From positions 918 to 64,917 of the forward strand of contig CAKPNG010000003.1 of assembly GCA_934168325.1 (NCBI GenBank): a stretch of DNA of 64,000 nt. Direction: 5' to 3'. The stretch comes from an uncultured Bacilli bacterium. Its GTDB lineage: Bacteria; Bacillota_I; Bacilli_A; RFN20; CAG-826. Shown here in pieces: positions 45,906-54,124 of this stretch (positions within the stretch are counted from its first letter, which is position 1; every line of letters starts with the position of its first letter). A program made the translations under genes and the position numbers. The notes below the pieces were generated by a model. The model had not been told where the DNA came from. It did no database searches and was given only the letters and a program-made list of their open reading frames with translations.

Positions 45906-46818
45906 TACATTAAAAAAAGTAATCTTAGATACTGATATTGGTGATGATATTGATGATTCTTTTGCTTTATTACTTTTATTAGAAAGTCATAAATTTGATT
46001 GTTTAGGTGTTACTACTGTTTTTAGAAATTCAATAAAAAGAGCAAAGATGGCTAAATGTCTTATTGCTTCTTTAGGATATGATATTAAAGTTTATCCAGG
46101 TATAGATAATCCTATTAAACAAGATATTAATCATTTAATTTCTAAAGAAATAAAAGCAAAAGAAGTAGTTGATGAAGATGGTAAATATTTATTCCCTCAA
46201 TGGGATGAGAAAATGAAAGATTATCGAATAGAAAGCACTAATGCAGTTGATTTTATTATTGAATCTATTCATAAATATCCTAATGAAGTAACTTTAATTC
46301 CGATTGGTCCAATGACTAATATTGCTTTAGCCATTAAAAAAGATCCTTCTATAATTCCTTTAATTAAAGAAATTAGATTTATGGGAGCAGGGCTTGATTT
46401 TAATTTTGTAGAATGGAATATATTTTGTGATCCTGAAGCAGCAAGTATTGTTATTAATAGTGGTGTTAAAAAAATAGTTGGTATTACTTTAAATACTACT
46501 AGTTTAACTACTTTAACTGATAAAGAAGTTCATGATTTAAAAAATAATAAATCAAATGCAATTAAACTTGTTTATGAAGCGATGATGAAATGGTTTAGCC
46601 ACTATCAATTTGCTAATCCTGTAATGCATGATCCTTTAACAGTAGCAAGTTTAATTGATGAAGATATAGTGACATTAAAAAAGGCTAAATTAGATGTAGA
46701 TTTATCTAGAGATGGTTATACATTTATAAATGATAATAAATCTAGTGAAATTTATATTTCTACATCTTTGAATAAAGAGAAGTTCTTTAGTTTATTTAAA
46801 GAAATTCTTGATATTTAA
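45898..46818 (+). CDS. Nucleoside hydrolase (IUNH) family protein, cytoplasmic
   Basis: The ATG at 45898 follows GGAGAGGAG (the track starts at 45865). The N-terminal Asp cluster VILDTDIGDDIDDSFALLLLL corresponds to the DxDxxxDD calcium/ribose-binding fingerprint. There is a later WNIFCDPEAA motif. Confidence 0.7.
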   Translation: MNNTLKKVILDTDIGDDIDDSFALLLLLESHKFDCLGVTTVFRNSIKRAKMAKCLIASLGYDIKVYPGIDNPIKQDINHLISKEIKAKEVVDEDGKYLFPQWDEKMKDYRIESTNAVDFIIESIHKYPNEVTLIPIGPMTNIALAIKKDPSIIPLIKEIRFMGAGLDFNFVEWNIFCDPEAASIVINSGVKKIVGITLNTTSLTTLTDKEVHDLKNNKSNAIKLVYEAMMKWFSHYQFANPVMHDPLTVASLIDEDIVTLKKAKLDVDLSRDGYTFINDNKSSEIYISTSLNKEKFFSLFKEILDI

Positions 46819-46842
46819 TGCAAATTAGAAAGGAGTGATAAT

Positions 46843-49377
46843 ATGACTAAAATTGCATTAGGTTTATCATTTGCAAGTACTGTTGCAATGATTGTAGCAC
46901 CATTTAGTACTAAAAAATTAAAAACTGAAACTAGTCTTGATGGTGATTTATATGGAGCAGCTCACATTAAATGTAGTAAAAAAAGAGATGCTGATAGTGG
47001 TAATGTCTTTGAAATTAATGCTGAACGTAATGGAAATTCTAATTTTTCAGGGGATGGGATCTATTTAAGAATAAGAAATTATACAAGTACAGATACACCT
47101 ATTACTTTTAAGATTAATTCAACTAATGGTGTTATAATTGCGCCTACTACTAACGTTAAACAAACTTATTATACAGCTGATGGAGTGGAAACTGATGGTA
47201 TTGCTCCTCGTGGTTGGGGAAATTACATGATGCTACCTGCTAATTTTGATGGTTTTATTTATATGAATTACACCACTCAAATGTCTAAAATTGCAGGGGA
47301 AGGTAATTTTACAAGTAATTCTATTTGGAGAATATATGTTGAATATAGCGGATTTTATGATCATTATGCAGATTTTGCTATAGGTGATATATTTACAAAT
47401 ACTAAAAGTATTTTAGATACTTCAGAATTATCTACTGAAGAATTTAATAAAACATTTATTAATCAATGCCCTGATTATCAAAGTGTTACTCAATTAGAAA
47501 GAGCAGATTCTTTTGTACCTGATGGTGATTTTAAAGGTGGAATTAATTATAAATTAGGAAGTTATGGCGGATTTATGGTTAAATTCGATTCATTTGATTT
47601 TACTGATGGAGTTTATATTCGTATTAAAAATAATTTAGATAAGATTACTTGGCTCATGATTCATGCTGCTAGTGATGTATTTGCTAATAGATCAATTATT
47701 AAAGCAGGTGGAGAAGTATCTTATTACGATAATACTGGTAAATTTAGTAAGAAAGTAACTGCTAATGAATGGAAATATTTTGAATTACCTGCTAATTTTG
47801 ATGGTTATTTAAGTTTTAATAAAGATGCTTTAGAAGGTGATACTGGTTGGGCTGGATCAAATTATAATATTAAAACTACTAATGCAATTTATTTTGAAGC
47901 TGATGGTATCGATATTAATGTTGGTGACATATTCTCTAAAGTTAATAAAGCATATGATGGTAGTGAAATATATGCTAGTGTTGCTTTAAGTAATCATTTT
48001 GAAACTTGGAGTGGTGGAACTGGTACTATTTTAGAAGGCAGTAAAGAATTACCTATCGTTTTATTTGATTATACTAAGATTAATTTAAGTGGCGATGTTG
48101 AAAATGGTGTTAATATTACTAGTAATAAAAATAGTGATAGTAGTGTATTTTCTACTGCAACTGCTAGATTTAAAGAAAATATTAATTTAAGTGAAGGTGA
48201 AGCAATATCTATTAGTTTTGAAGGTGCTGGAAATTATGCTTTCCAATTAGAATTTGTTGATGCTAACGATAATATTTTAAATATGCCAAGTGCTTCTAAT
48301 AGTACTAGAAATCCAATTTATTTTATTAGTAATGGTGTAGCTACTCCAATGAATCATACTACTGGAGATCCTAATACTATTCACACAATCGAAGGAAAAG
48401 GAAATATTGTTATTGAAAAGAGTTTCTTAAATCAAAAAGCTGGTGAAAGTTTTGATTGGAGTAAAGTTAAAGGATTTAATGTTATTTGTCATACTTTCTA
48501 CGATTCTGGATTAAATATTTCTTTTGGTGATATAGGTGTTATTTCTCAAACTGATTTAAAACAAACTCTTGTTTATAGAGTTAGTGAAGTAGAATATGAT
48601 GGAGTTTATAGTGCTTTAGATGCATTTATGAATGTTAATAAAGTTTATACTTCTATTCCATCTAGTTGGATTGGTGATGTTAAAATTATTGATTCATTAA
48701 ATTATAAAGATGATAAGACTTTAAAACAAAATGTTACTTATGATATAGGTGATAATGCTTGTAGTTATAATAAAGAAAAAGACGGTATGTTTGTTCATAT
48801 TGGACCTTTTGAATCCGGACATACTTATGGTAATTATATGTGTTTAGGTATGTTTGATAAAAATGTAACTAGTGACCGTAAAATTGCTTATAGAACGAAC
48901 GAAGAAAATAAAGAATATGCTAAAGGTATTACTTTCTATTGTGAAAATAGATCAGTTAAAGAAATTGGTTTAACTTTACAATTTGATGAATTAATTCCTG
49001 GTAAAACTACTACTGAAAGATGGTGTATTACTGGATATCCTGCAATGTATTTAGCTTATGACGTTGAAAAAGATATTGATTACATGATGTATTCAAAATC
49101 TGATCAAGTTCAAATTCCTGTCGGATTTAAAGGATATATTAGAGTTCCATTTACATCTTACACTGTTCCTGATTGGAATAAAGGTATGGATGGAGTCGAT
49201 GCTATTTTAAATTTAGATAATTTTTCAGGTAATTTCTTCTTAACTAGTGATAATACTAGATATGAAGATTTAGAATATTTTATTAAGAATGTTGGCTTAT
49301 ATTTTAATGATACATATAAAACTACTTTCTTATCAAAAGAAAATACTATTAAAACTAATATGGGGTTAAAAGACTAA
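46843..49377 (+). CDS. Large secreted or membrane-anchored protein built from four degenerate ~140-180-aa modules, unknown family
   Basis: It has an AAAGGAG RBS and an N-terminal hydrophobic segment IALGLSFASTVAMIVAPF with no lipobox Cys. The internal repeats are GIYLRIRNYT...LPANFDGFIYMNY...FAIGDIF and GVYIRIKNNL...LPANFDGYLSFNK...INVGDIF. Two more divergent copies end in ISFGDIGV and IKNVGLYF. Confidence 0.75.
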   Translation: MTKIALGLSFASTVAMIVAPFSTKKLKTETSLDGDLYGAAHIKCSKKRDADSGNVFEINAERNGNSNFSGDGIYLRIRNYTSTDTPITFKINSTNGVIIAPTTNVKQTYYTADGVETDGIAPRGWGNYMMLPANFDGFIYMNYTTQMSKIAGEGNFTSNSIWRIYVEYSGFYDHYADFAIGDIFTNTKSILDTSELSTEEFNKTFINQCPDYQSVTQLERADSFVPDGDFKGGINYKLGSYGGFMVKFDSFDFTDGVYIRIKNNLDKITWLMIHAASDVFANRSIIKAGGEVSYYDNTGKFSKKVTANEWKYFELPANFDGYLSFNKDALEGDTGWAGSNYNIKTTNAIYFEADGIDINVGDIFSKVNKAYDGSEIYASVALSNHFETWSGGTGTILEGSKELPIVLFDYTKINLSGDVENGVNITSNKNSDSSVFSTATARFKENINLSEGEAISISFEGAGNYAFQLEFVDANDNILNMPSASNSTRNPIYFISNGVATPMNHTTGDPNTIHTIEGKGNIVIEKSFLNQKAGESFDWSKVKGFNVICHTFYDSGLNISFGDIGVISQTDLKQTLVYRVSEVEYDGVYSALDAFMNVNKVYTSIPSSWIGDVKIIDSLNYKDDKTLKQNVTYDIGDNACSYNKEKDGMFVHIGPFESGHTYGNYMCLGMFDKNVTSDRKIAYRTNEENKEYAKGITFYCENRSVKEIGLTLQFDELIPGKTTTERWCITGYPAMYLAYDVEKDIDYMMYSKSDQVQIPVGFKGYIRVPFTSYTVPDWNKGMDGVDAILNLDNFSGNFFLTSDNTRYEDLEYFIKNVGLYFNDTYKTTFLSKENTIKTNMGLKD

Positions 49378-49378
49378 T

Positions 49379-50482
49379 ATGAAAACAAATCGAGTTATAT
49401 TTTATTTCTTATCGACATTACTTTTGGTTAGTTGTGGTAATAAAGTTAAAACACCTATTTATGAATTAGGTGATAAAAAAGATGTGATGGGTAGTGGATT
49501 ATTATTTAGTGAAACTATTGGATTTAATACTAAAGATGCTACTATTTTTGAAGAAAATGATGAAAGATTTATTATTTATGATGCTAATGAAGTAAGTAAA
49601 GGTAATCAAGTATTTGCTATTAGAAAAGGTGTTAAAGAAAATAATAAATGGGTTTATAAAGAAAAAAATATTATATTTAAAGGTAATGAAGAAGGCTGGG
49701 ATAAATATATTTATCAGCCTAGTATCATTAAAGGTAAATTTAATTATAACAATGAAGAATATAAATATTTATTAGCTTATCAAGGTAATAATAGTAATGA
49801 TAATTACAATAATCATATTGGTTTAGCTGTTACTAATGATTTATTTTCTAATTTTATTAGAGTAGGTAATACTCCTATATTAACTAATCCTACTATATAT
49901 AGTGGTAGTTTTGGATTTGGTAGTCCTAGTTTAACTTCTATTAATAAAGAAGGTAAAGTAATGTTATCTTATTCTTTTGGTGAAACTAATTTATCAGGTA
50001 CTAGAGTAATGGAATTAGATCTTTCTAATCTTAATAAAATTAATAGTGAAGTAGGTTATACAGAACTTAATGCTAGTGGATTAAAATTAAGAGAAGATGG
50101 AATTATATCTAATGCGACATTTATTTTTAATGATGATTATAGTAAAGCTTATTTAGTTAATGATGGAATGCCAAGTAGTAATGCTCCTGGTCAAGCTAAT
50201 GCTATTGAAGTAGCTAGTGCTAATAGTTCAATTATTTATGATATTAATACTAAATGGAATTCTATTAAAAATATTATGGGTAGTGATACGATGATTAAAG
50301 AAGATGAAACTTCTTTAGGATGGGATGAAATTTATAGTGGAACTATCGTTACTAATGAATATGGTTTAGTTAATAAAGATAGTAAGAAATTAGAAGTTAT
50401 TTATTCTACTTATCAAGAAGGTATAGAAGATTCTAAATTCACTGCTCAATTATGTTCTTTTGAGGTTAATTTAAGTGAATAA
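49379..50482 (+). CDS. Surface lipoprotein, beta-propeller-like (GH43/GH32-superfamily-like?), unknown specificity
   Basis: The lipobox is FLSTLLLVSCGN. The recurring blade-like motifs are YIYQPSIIKG, IGLAVTNDLFSNF and GSPSLTSINKEGKVMLSY. It is a paralogue of the next gene. Confidence 0.35.
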   Translation: MKTNRVIFYFLSTLLLVSCGNKVKTPIYELGDKKDVMGSGLLFSETIGFNTKDATIFEENDERFIIYDANEVSKGNQVFAIRKGVKENNKWVYKEKNIIFKGNEEGWDKYIYQPSIIKGKFNYNNEEYKYLLAYQGNNSNDNYNNHIGLAVTNDLFSNFIRVGNTPILTNPTIYSGSFGFGSPSLTSINKEGKVMLSYSFGETNLSGTRVMELDLSNLNKINSEVGYTELNASGLKLREDGIISNATFIFNDDYSKAYLVNDGMPSSNAPGQANAIEVASANSSIIYDINTKWNSIKNIMGSDTMIKEDETSLGWDEIYSGTIVTNEYGLVNKDSKKLEVIYSTYQEGIEDSKFTAQLCSFEVNLSE

Positions 50483-51674
50483 GAAATATTTAATATTAAG
50501 TAGTATATTATTTATGCTTACTGGTTGTAATAAAGTAGATAATCAAGATAATATTATTCCTACTAAAAAGGAAGATTTTATTCCTGAAGTAGGGGAAGTT
50601 AGATTATTATTTGAACATGGGACAATTGGGGAAGATAAATATTATGATTATTGTCCATCAATATTTATCGAAAATAATGAATCTCATGTTTATTATTGTA
50701 CTAATAAAGATGAAGGTAATGTAACTGACTATGTTGGTTATAAAAATGGGAAAATAATTAATGATAAAGTAGTTTATCCTAGTGAAATGAATTATGTTTT
50801 AAGTCATGGGGAACATGGATCTTGGGATTCTAGACATGCTTGTGATCCTAGTGTTATTAAAGGTGAATTTAAATTTCATAATGAAACTTATAATTATTTA
50901 ATGGCTTATTTAGGATGTGTTCCTAGTGACTGTACACTTAATGAAACTGGTATTGCAGTTAGTAAAACTCCTAGTGGTCCTTGGATAAAATGTGATTTTA
51001 AAAGTGATGGAGTAACTAAAATTAATCCCCTTGTTAAATATAGTGAATTTGATTGTAATGACTCTAGCTGGGGAACAGGTCAACCTTCTTTAGTATCGGT
51101 TGATAAAAAAGGAAGAGTATTATTATTTACTACTATTGGAGCAAAAAATGGTACTTTTACTAATTTAAGAGAATATGATTTTTCTGATATTGATAATTAT
51201 AAATTAATTAGAGAAAGAAAAGCGATTAATACAACAGGTATTAGAGGTACTGGAAGTAATGCTAATATGATTAATAATGCTGATTTTGCTTATGATGAAG
51301 TTAAAAATAGAATCATAGTTAGTAAGCCTCGTCAATATTTTGGAACTGATGGTAAAGCACCTAATTTTATTGCTGATACGATTGATGTTTATTATATTGA
51401 TAATGATGGAAGTAGTGTTGGTGATGTATTCTTTAAAGGAAATAATACGACTGCATCGTGGAAATTAATAGGTAGTATTAATCAAGAATTAACTGGATTT
51501 TTAAGAAATCATAATACTGGATTAATTACTGATGAATTTGCTAGAATTATTCAAGATAAGAATTTAGGTGTAGCTTTTACTAGAAGTGATGAATCAGCGG
51601 GTAGTAGTGATTGGGGTCATTTATCTACTTATAGAATTTATGCTACTGGTATGAAATTACCTAGTGATTATTAA
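50475..51674 (+). CDS. Surface lipoprotein, beta-propeller-like paralogue
   Basis: It has a GTG start with GAGG 8 nt upstream. The lipobox is SSILFMLTGCNK. The motifs are WDSRHACDPSVIKGEF, TGIAVSKTPSGPW and GQPSLVSVDKKGRVLLF. Confidence 0.35.
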   Translation: MNKKYLILSSILFMLTGCNKVDNQDNIIPTKKEDFIPEVGEVRLLFEHGTIGEDKYYDYCPSIFIENNESHVYYCTNKDEGNVTDYVGYKNGKIINDKVVYPSEMNYVLSHGEHGSWDSRHACDPSVIKGEFKFHNETYNYLMAYLGCVPSDCTLNETGIAVSKTPSGPWIKCDFKSDGVTKINPLVKYSEFDCNDSSWGTGQPSLVSVDKKGRVLLFTTIGAKNGTFTNLREYDFSDIDNYKLIRERKAINTTGIRGTGSNANMINNADFAYDEVKNRIIVSKPRQYFGTDGKAPNFIADTIDVYYIDNDGSSVGDVFFKGNNTTASWKLIGSINQELTGFLRNHNTGLITDEFARIIQDKNLGVAFTRSDESAGSSDWGHLSTYRIYATGMKLPSDY

Positions 51675-51684
51675 TTAAATTTAT

Positions 51685-52392
51685 ATGGGTAAAAAGACAC
51701 TAGAAGGGAAATTAAATAGTCCTTTATATAGATATTCTAAGCTTGCTTTTGATTTATTAATGCTTAATATAATCTTTATTTTAGTAAGTGTATTATCTTT
51801 ATTTAGTTTATTTTTTCCTGGTTTAGTGTCTTTACATACCATTATGAATAATATAATTAATAATAAAGATGATGAAAATGTTTATAAAACTTTCTTTTTA
51901 GAGATTAAACGTCAATGGAGTTTTTCTTGGAGAATTGAAGTTTTAGGAATAATCATCTTATTAATTATTGGTGTTATTATTTATTTTGATTTTGTTGTAA
52001 TAGTTAATACTAAAGTTAGTTATATTGGTTATATTTCTTTATGTTTTATTATTCCAATATTTTTAGTATTACTTAGTATATTTATTAATTTAATGTTATT
52101 TAATAATTATTATAAAGATGATACTTTCGTGATGATGATTCAAAAATCAGCGTTAATATCGCTTAAAAAGAAATTATTAACTTTTATTAATTTAATAATA
52201 TTTATATGTTTTTTTGTAATTTTATTTTTTATACCTTATATTGCTCCTTTTATTTCGTTTAGTTTATATATTTATATTATTGAAGCTATTAATCAAAAAG
52301 CGTTTATAGAAATATCTAATAACGAAAAAGAAAGAGCATTGATGGTTGAGAATTTATTTTTACCGATGGTTATTGAGGAGAAAGATAAATGA
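51685..52392 (+). CDS. YesL-like (DUF624) integral membrane protein
   Basis: It has about 5-6 helices. The N-terminal part YRYSKLAFDLLMLNIIFILVSVLSLFSLFFPG resembles DUF624 proteins that accompany CUT1 sugar transporter loci. Confidence 0.5.
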   Translation: MGKKTLEGKLNSPLYRYSKLAFDLLMLNIIFILVSVLSLFSLFFPGLVSLHTIMNNIINNKDDENVYKTFFLEIKRQWSFSWRIEVLGIIILLIIGVIIYFDFVVIVNTKVSYIGYISLCFIIPIFLVLLSIFINLMLFNNYYKDDTFVMMIQKSALISLKKKLLTFINLIIFICFFVILFFIPYIAPFISFSLYIYIIEAINQKAFIEISNNEKERALMVENLFLPMVIEEKDK

Positions 52393-53273
52393 AGAAGTGT
52401 TTAGTAGTTGGTAGTTTAAATATGGATTATACTGTTTATTTAAATAGTGATTTCCCTATTAATGGTGAGACTTGTTTTGGAAGAAATAGATTTATTCAAC
52501 CTGGGGGAAAAGGTGAAAATCAAGCAGTAGCTTTAGCTAAATCTAAAATGTGTGATGTGACAATGATTGGTGCTATTGGTAATGATAGTGATGGAACTAT
52601 TATTAAAGATACTTTAATTAAATATGGTGTTAAACCAGTTCTTAAAGTATGTGAAGATAGCGAAACTGGTAATGCGACAATTGTTATTGATAAAAATAGT
52701 GAGAATAAGATCATTATTATTGAAGGAAGTAATGGTAAATTAACTAGTAAAGATATTGAATTAAAGTTATTTGATGAAATGGATTATTTAATAATTCAAA
52801 ATGAAATTAGTGAAGAAGTTAATGAATTTTGTATTAAAGAAGCTAAAGCTAGAAATAAAATAGTTATTTATAATCCTGCTCCTTATAGAGCTATTAAGGA
52901 AGAGTTATATAGTTATATTGATTATTTTATTCCTAATGAAATTGAACTTAAAATGTATACTAATCTTGATGATATTAATGAATCTATCGATTATTTATTA
53001 TCTAAAGGAATTAAAAATGTATTAGTTACTTTAGGTACTCAAGGTAGTTTATTTAAGTCTATTGATCAAGAAATAAAAGTAGGATGTTATAAAGTTAATG
53101 CTATTGATACAGTCGCTGCTGGAGATACTTATGTTGGATATTTTACTAGTTCATTAGCTAGTGGATATTCTATTAAAGAATCTATGGATATAGCTAGTAA
53201 AGCTAGTTCAATTACAGTAAGTAGAAAAGGAAGTGTAATATCTATTCCTTATAAAGAAGAAGTTTTTAAATAA
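52389..53273 (+). CDS. rbsK: Ribokinase (PfkB family)
   Basis: It has GGKGENQAVALAK (the GGKGANQA motif) and DTVAAGDTYVGYF (the PfkB C-terminal signature). At 294 aa it has the expected length. Confidence 0.8.
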   Translation: MKKCLVVGSLNMDYTVYLNSDFPINGETCFGRNRFIQPGGKGENQAVALAKSKMCDVTMIGAIGNDSDGTIIKDTLIKYGVKPVLKVCEDSETGNATIVIDKNSENKIIIIEGSNGKLTSKDIELKLFDEMDYLIIQNEISEEVNEFCIKEAKARNKIVIYNPAPYRAIKEELYSYIDYFIPNEIELKMYTNLDDINESIDYLLSKGIKNVLVTLGTQGSLFKSIDQEIKVGCYKVNAIDTVAAGDTYVGYFTSSLASGYSIKESMDIASKASSITVSRKGSVISIPYKEEVFK

Positions 53274-53395
53274 TTAATAATATTTTTAATATATCTTTTT
53301 AAGTTTCTAGATTAATTAGAAATATTATTTTATATTGCAATAAAATATGAAACTACCTATACTAGTATTATAAACTAGATAAAGGAGTATTCGAT

Positions 53396-54121
53396 ATGAG
53401 TTTAAAAGAAGTTGAACTTCCTAATTATAAGCTTAGACATGAATTATGGAATAGTATTACTCATGGTTTAGGTGCGTTATTTGGTATTTTTGTTTTAATA
53501 TTTTCTTTAATTAAAATAGTTAATATAGGTTATGATATAACTTTACCTAGTAGTAATCCAAATAGTTATACATCTTATATTATTAAGATTATATCGATTA
53601 TTATTTATAGTGTTTCTTTAATGATTACCTATACAATTAGTTGTGTATATCATGCTTTAGCTAAAAATAATGGGAAGAAAGTATTAAGAATTATAGATCA
53701 TGATACTGTTTATTTATTAATTGCAGGATCTTATACTCCATTTTGTTTAGTAAGTTTAAGAGATGTTACTTTGTGGGGAGTTATTCCTTATTCAGGGTAT
53801 ATTATATTTAGCATAGTATGGATATTAATAACTATAGGTATTGTATTTAATTCTATTAATATTAATAAATATAAAATAATTAGCTTTGTTATGTATATTG
53901 TAGCGGGGTGGATTATTATTTTAGAAGCTAAAGAATTATTAAATGCAATTGGTTTTAATGGGTTTATGTTTTTATTATTTGGTGGGATTAGTTATAGTTT
54001 AGGATCTATTTTATATGGGATAGCATCTAAAAAATCTATATGGTTTCATACTGTATTTCATATATTTGTTTTAGTAGGTACTATCTTACAATTTATATCT
54101 ATATATTTATATGTAATATAA
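53396..54121 (+). CDS. Hemolysin III / PAQR-family membrane protein
   Basis: It has an AAGGAG RBS and seven helices. The motifs are WNSITHGLGALFGI, IDHDTVYLLIAGSYTPF and FHTVFHIFVLVGTILQF. Confidence 0.8.
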   Translation: MSLKEVELPNYKLRHELWNSITHGLGALFGIFVLIFSLIKIVNIGYDITLPSSNPNSYTSYIIKIISIIIYSVSLMITYTISCVYHALAKNNGKKVLRIIDHDTVYLLIAGSYTPFCLVSLRDVTLWGVIPYSGYIIFSIVWILITIGIVFNSININKYKIISFVMYIVAGWIIILEAKELLNAIGFNGFMFLLFGGISYSLGSILYGIASKKSIWFHTVFHIFVLVGTILQFISIYLYVI

Positions 54122-54124
54122 ATA

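Noticed and set aside
53300-53325. Possible terminator after ribokinase (TTTCTAG-attaa-TTAGAAA)
   Set aside because: It has only a 6-7 bp all-weak stem with a wobble pair. That is not distinguishable from background in AT-rich DNA.
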